DNA of 63,986 nucleotides, filler included, from Octopus bimaculoides (Eukaryota): assembly GCF_001194135.2 (NCBI RefSeq). It is 5 parts of 5 records of this genome, joined end to end, with 100 filler letters (N's around TTAATTAATTAA, not from the genome) between each part and the next. Parts side by side here need not be neighbours in the genome. Positions count along the whole stretch, not along the records: positions 58,180 to 62,769 come from NC_068982.1; positions 62,870 to 63,986 come from NC_068984.1; 3 more parts are not named here. The stretch is one strand, 5' to 3'. Made by a program: the position numbers and the translations under genes. This document shows positions 61,106 through 63,986 of the stretch, piece after piece. The first letter of the stretch is position 1. Each line of letters begins with the position of its first letter. The notes beneath the pieces were generated by a model that saw only the letters and a program-made list of their open reading frames with translations, was not told the DNA's origin and did not search any database.

Positions 61106-61417
61106 AGCAGATAGATAGATATATTTTTATAATACATACATATATACACACACGTACACACACACACGCACACACACATATACATAAATACACGCACACA
61201 CAGAGTCATATATTTGCCATCTGAGACCGCACGTGGGGAAAAACTCCTGAGAGGAGCATCAGCTTCAAAGGAGTAAGTAAACTATTTGCAGGATGTGAAT
61301 ATATATAAATCTTTTAGCTTTTTATCTTTTACTTGTTTCAGTTATTATATATATATATAGTAATAATGATAATAATAATCTATGACTGGAATTTTTAAAT
61401 ATTTTAATGCATCGGTA

Positions 61418-61567
61418 CGCGCGTTTCCATAAGTCGCATATTTCTTACGATCATAGTCCGTATTTCTGGGATGATTACATTACAGTCCGCAATATCCATG
61501 GACATCGGATGGATCAGTTCATACGTTCATTTCTTCGTAAGAAACATATGATTTGTGGAAACGCGCG
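61418..61567. mobile_element. 150-bp MITE with about 33-bp TIRs and TA target duplication
   Basis: TA-cgcgcgtttccataagtcgcatatttcttacga ... tcgtaagaaacatatgatttgtggaaacgcgcg-TA, with 5 mismatches between arms. Confidence 0.8.
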
Positions 61568-61844
61568 TAGCTTGCTTACCAACCACATGGTTCCGGGTTC
61601 AGTCCCACTGCGTGGCACCTTGGGCAAGTGTCTTCTACTATAGCCTCGGGCCGACCAAAGCCTTGTGAGCGGATTTGGTAGACGGAAACTGAAAGAAGCC
61701 CGTTGTATATATATGTATATGTATGTGTGTGTGTTTGTGTGTCTGTGTTTGTCCCCCAGCATCGCTTGACAACTGATGTTGTTGTGTTTACGTCCCCGTA
61801 ACTTATCGGTTCGGCAACGGTGACGATAGAATAAGTACTAGGCT
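61568..61844 (+). mobile_element. SINE family A, lacking its first 25 or so nt, cut by a gap
   Basis: tagcttgcttaccaaccacatggttccgggttcagtcccactgcgtggcaccttgggcaagtg... Confidence 0.9.
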
Positions 61845-62188
61845 NNNNNNNNNNNNNNNNNNNNNNNNNNNNNNNNNNNNNNNNNNNNNNNNNNNNNNNN
61901 NNNNNNNNNNNNNNNNNNNNNNNNNNNNNNNNNNNNNNNNNNNNNNNNNNNNNNNNNNNNNNNNNNNNNNNNNNNNNNNNNNNNNNNNNNNNNNNNNNNN
62001 NNNNNNNNNNNNNNNNNNNNNNNNNNNNNNNNNNNNNNNNNNNNNNNNNNNNNNNNNNNNNNNNNNNNNNNNNNNNNNNNNNNNNNNNNNNNNNTATATA
62101 TATATATAAATATACTACATATATGTATATATGCATACATACACATTCGTACGTACATACATACATACATACATACATACATACACGT

Positions 62189-62241
<53 letters not shown>

Positions 62242-62590
62242 CGTACACATACTCCTGTCTCGATCATTATGCTAACAACAGAAATTTTGCAGACACGTAA
62301 ATAGACACATCGAACTGTTAACAATAATATATACAAATATGGAAATATCAATAACATATCAGTTGGCAATTTCTGCAGGTGTTTCATAATGGTAGAAATC
62401 GTTCCAATTAAGTAAAATTAAATTAAAATTTGCGATTTGAATATTTTCAGACAGCTATATAATAGTCATAATGAGGGTGGCAACACTCTTGAGAAATAAA
62501 ACAACACTGCAAGCGACTTCAATGATTAAAGTTGTGCTTTCTAAACTGTTATCATAATTTTGATCAGTTGCCGTAACCAGAAGAGATCTG

Positions 62591-62664
<74 letters not shown>

Positions 62665-62813
62665 ATATATATATACACACACATACGCACACACACAAGC
62701 ACACACTCAGACATATACAAGCAGGCACATGTATGCACTGATACATACACACTGACAAGTGACTTTACANNNNNNNNNNNNNNNNNNNNNNNNNNNNNNN
62801 NNNNNNNNNNNNN

Positions 62814-62825
62814 TTAATTAATTAA
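62814..62825. other. Artificial assembly linker TTAATTAATTAA
   Basis: Same 12-mer within an N-run. Confidence 0.9.
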
Positions 62826-62869
62826 NNNNNNNNNNNNNNNNNNNNNNNNNNNNNNNNNNNNNNNNNNNN

Positions 62870-63068
62870 GTACTATCTTGGTTAACCAGCGGTCGGGACA
62901 AGGGACGACGGTCAAGCGGTAATAGATGACGGATGCGATGTACGCATTCGCCACCTCCGCTCGACCTTTCACGGAGAGCTTCCTCTCAGCCCATTTCTGG
63001 GTGAGGTTGGCCACCCTGTTCGTCACTTCTTCCCAGTTTTTCTCCAGCTGGAGGTCCGGACCGAACCA
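62870..63068 (-). mobile_element. L1/Tx1-clade LINE ORF2 fragment (post-RT region)
   Basis: WFGPDLQLEKNWEEVTNRVANLTQKWAERKLSVKGRAEVANAYIASVIYYRL matches the W..R.LS..GR...N...S...Y signature. The segment is GC-rich relative to its flanks. Confidence 0.8.
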
Positions 63069-63120
63069 AATTCTTTCTAATTTAGTTTAGAGAAGAAAGG
63101 ACAAAGGGATTACATCACCT

Positions 63121-63245
63121 TCAGTATTTGACTGGTGATTATTTTATCGAGCTCGAAAGGATGAAAGACAAAGTCGACCCCAGCCGAATTTGAACTCATA
63201 ATGTAAAGAGCCGGAAGAAACGCTGCTAAGCATTTCGTCCGATGA
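63121..63245 (-). mobile_element. SINE family E fragment
   Basis: ttttatcgagctcgaaaggatgaaagacaaagtcgaccccagccgaatttgaactc...ctaagcatttcgtccg. Confidence 0.7.
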
Positions 63246-63761
63246 TCTGACTATTTTTTAATAATTTCACAAAAACGGAAACGGAAATCGCGGTTGTGAA
63301 AAAAAAACTATTTTCCAAAATTCCAATTTTTAAGTGAACAAAATATATTCAATCGAAAAACGATGTCAAAGCATCTATTGTTCTTCACAATGATATGTTC
63401 GCAATGATATGTTTCAAATATTTTCCTCGTTTTTAGAATAATTTTAAAGTTTGAAAATGAAAATTAGTCAACCTTAACATCAATAATAGATTAACAGAAC
63501 ACAAAACTCCATACTACCCAATGTACATATTGTGTGAATTCTAACAAAAGGGAAAGCGTTTATTTCAAGAAATGTGTAGAAACATAAAAACGATAAGAAG
63601 TGCATTTGAATGACTAGCCTTCGGAGCCATAATTCTGTTAGACCTTCAACGGCCGAAGAAAGTTCAAAAGGTCAACTTATTCTCATTAATCTGTAAGTGA
63701 TGAGAGAAGAAAACAAAAGACTTTAAATATATATTTTAAAATGCTGATTTTTCTGCGACCA

Positions 63762-63915
63762 AAAATTCTTCAAGGTGTGCCCCAACGTGGCCGTAGTTTA
63801 ATAACTGCAACAAGTAAAAAGGAAAAAAATTCTGGTGTTGATACGTTCAACTAAAAATTCTTCAAGGCGATGCTCCAGCATGGCCTCAGTCTAATAACTG
63901 AAACAAGTAAAAGGT
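63762..63915 (+). mobile_element. Two tandem 3'-tail fragments of SINE family A
   Basis: aaaattcttcaaggtgtgccccaacgtggccg...acaagtaaaa is followed by aaaattcttcaaggcgatgctccagcatggcc...acaagtaaaa. Confidence 0.6.
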
Positions 63916-63986
63916 AGAAAAAGGAAAAAATAATTGAAAATATAACCGTGGGGCTTTTGTCCTAGGGGGCTTTTCTCCTACACTCG

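Noticed and set aside
4616-62817. Long ORFs in the track containing X-runs and [16 protein letters not shown]/poly-residue stretches
   Set aside because: They arise from N-gaps and microsatellites that lack stop codons, and they show no protein motifs.

Overview
Eukaryotic, AT-rich, microsatellite-saturated animal DNA with many N-gaps. The repeat families (tRNA-derived SINEs, some with (GAGTAAAA)n tails) look octopus-like to me, which is inference rather than a database result. There is one convincing protein-coding gene: a single-exon INSM1/IA-1/Nerfin/EGL-46-family SNAG + zinc-finger repressor at 41669..43714 (+), with about 237 aa of microsatellite-like poly-Q/N/T between fingers 3 and 4. 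The rest is a gene desert of decayed mobile elements: several SINE families, mariner remnants, two adjacent Tc1 elements, two Penelope-like remnants, LINE RT fragments, a non-autonomous Helitron, MITE/fold-back elements, a hAT end, and mini/microsatellites. Four artificial TTAATTAATTAA linkers mark assembly joins. Almost all other ORFs in the track are repeat or N-gap artefacts. I see no CRISPR array, rRNA or intact tRNA, and I cannot demonstrate a new biological system. The best leads are candidate cis-regulatory features around the INSM gene (a TEAD-type CATTCC cluster, a distal TATA/CpG island, tandem miR-279-type sites, a Hox/Pbx/Meis/CRE island) and an unusual density of long fold-back structures.
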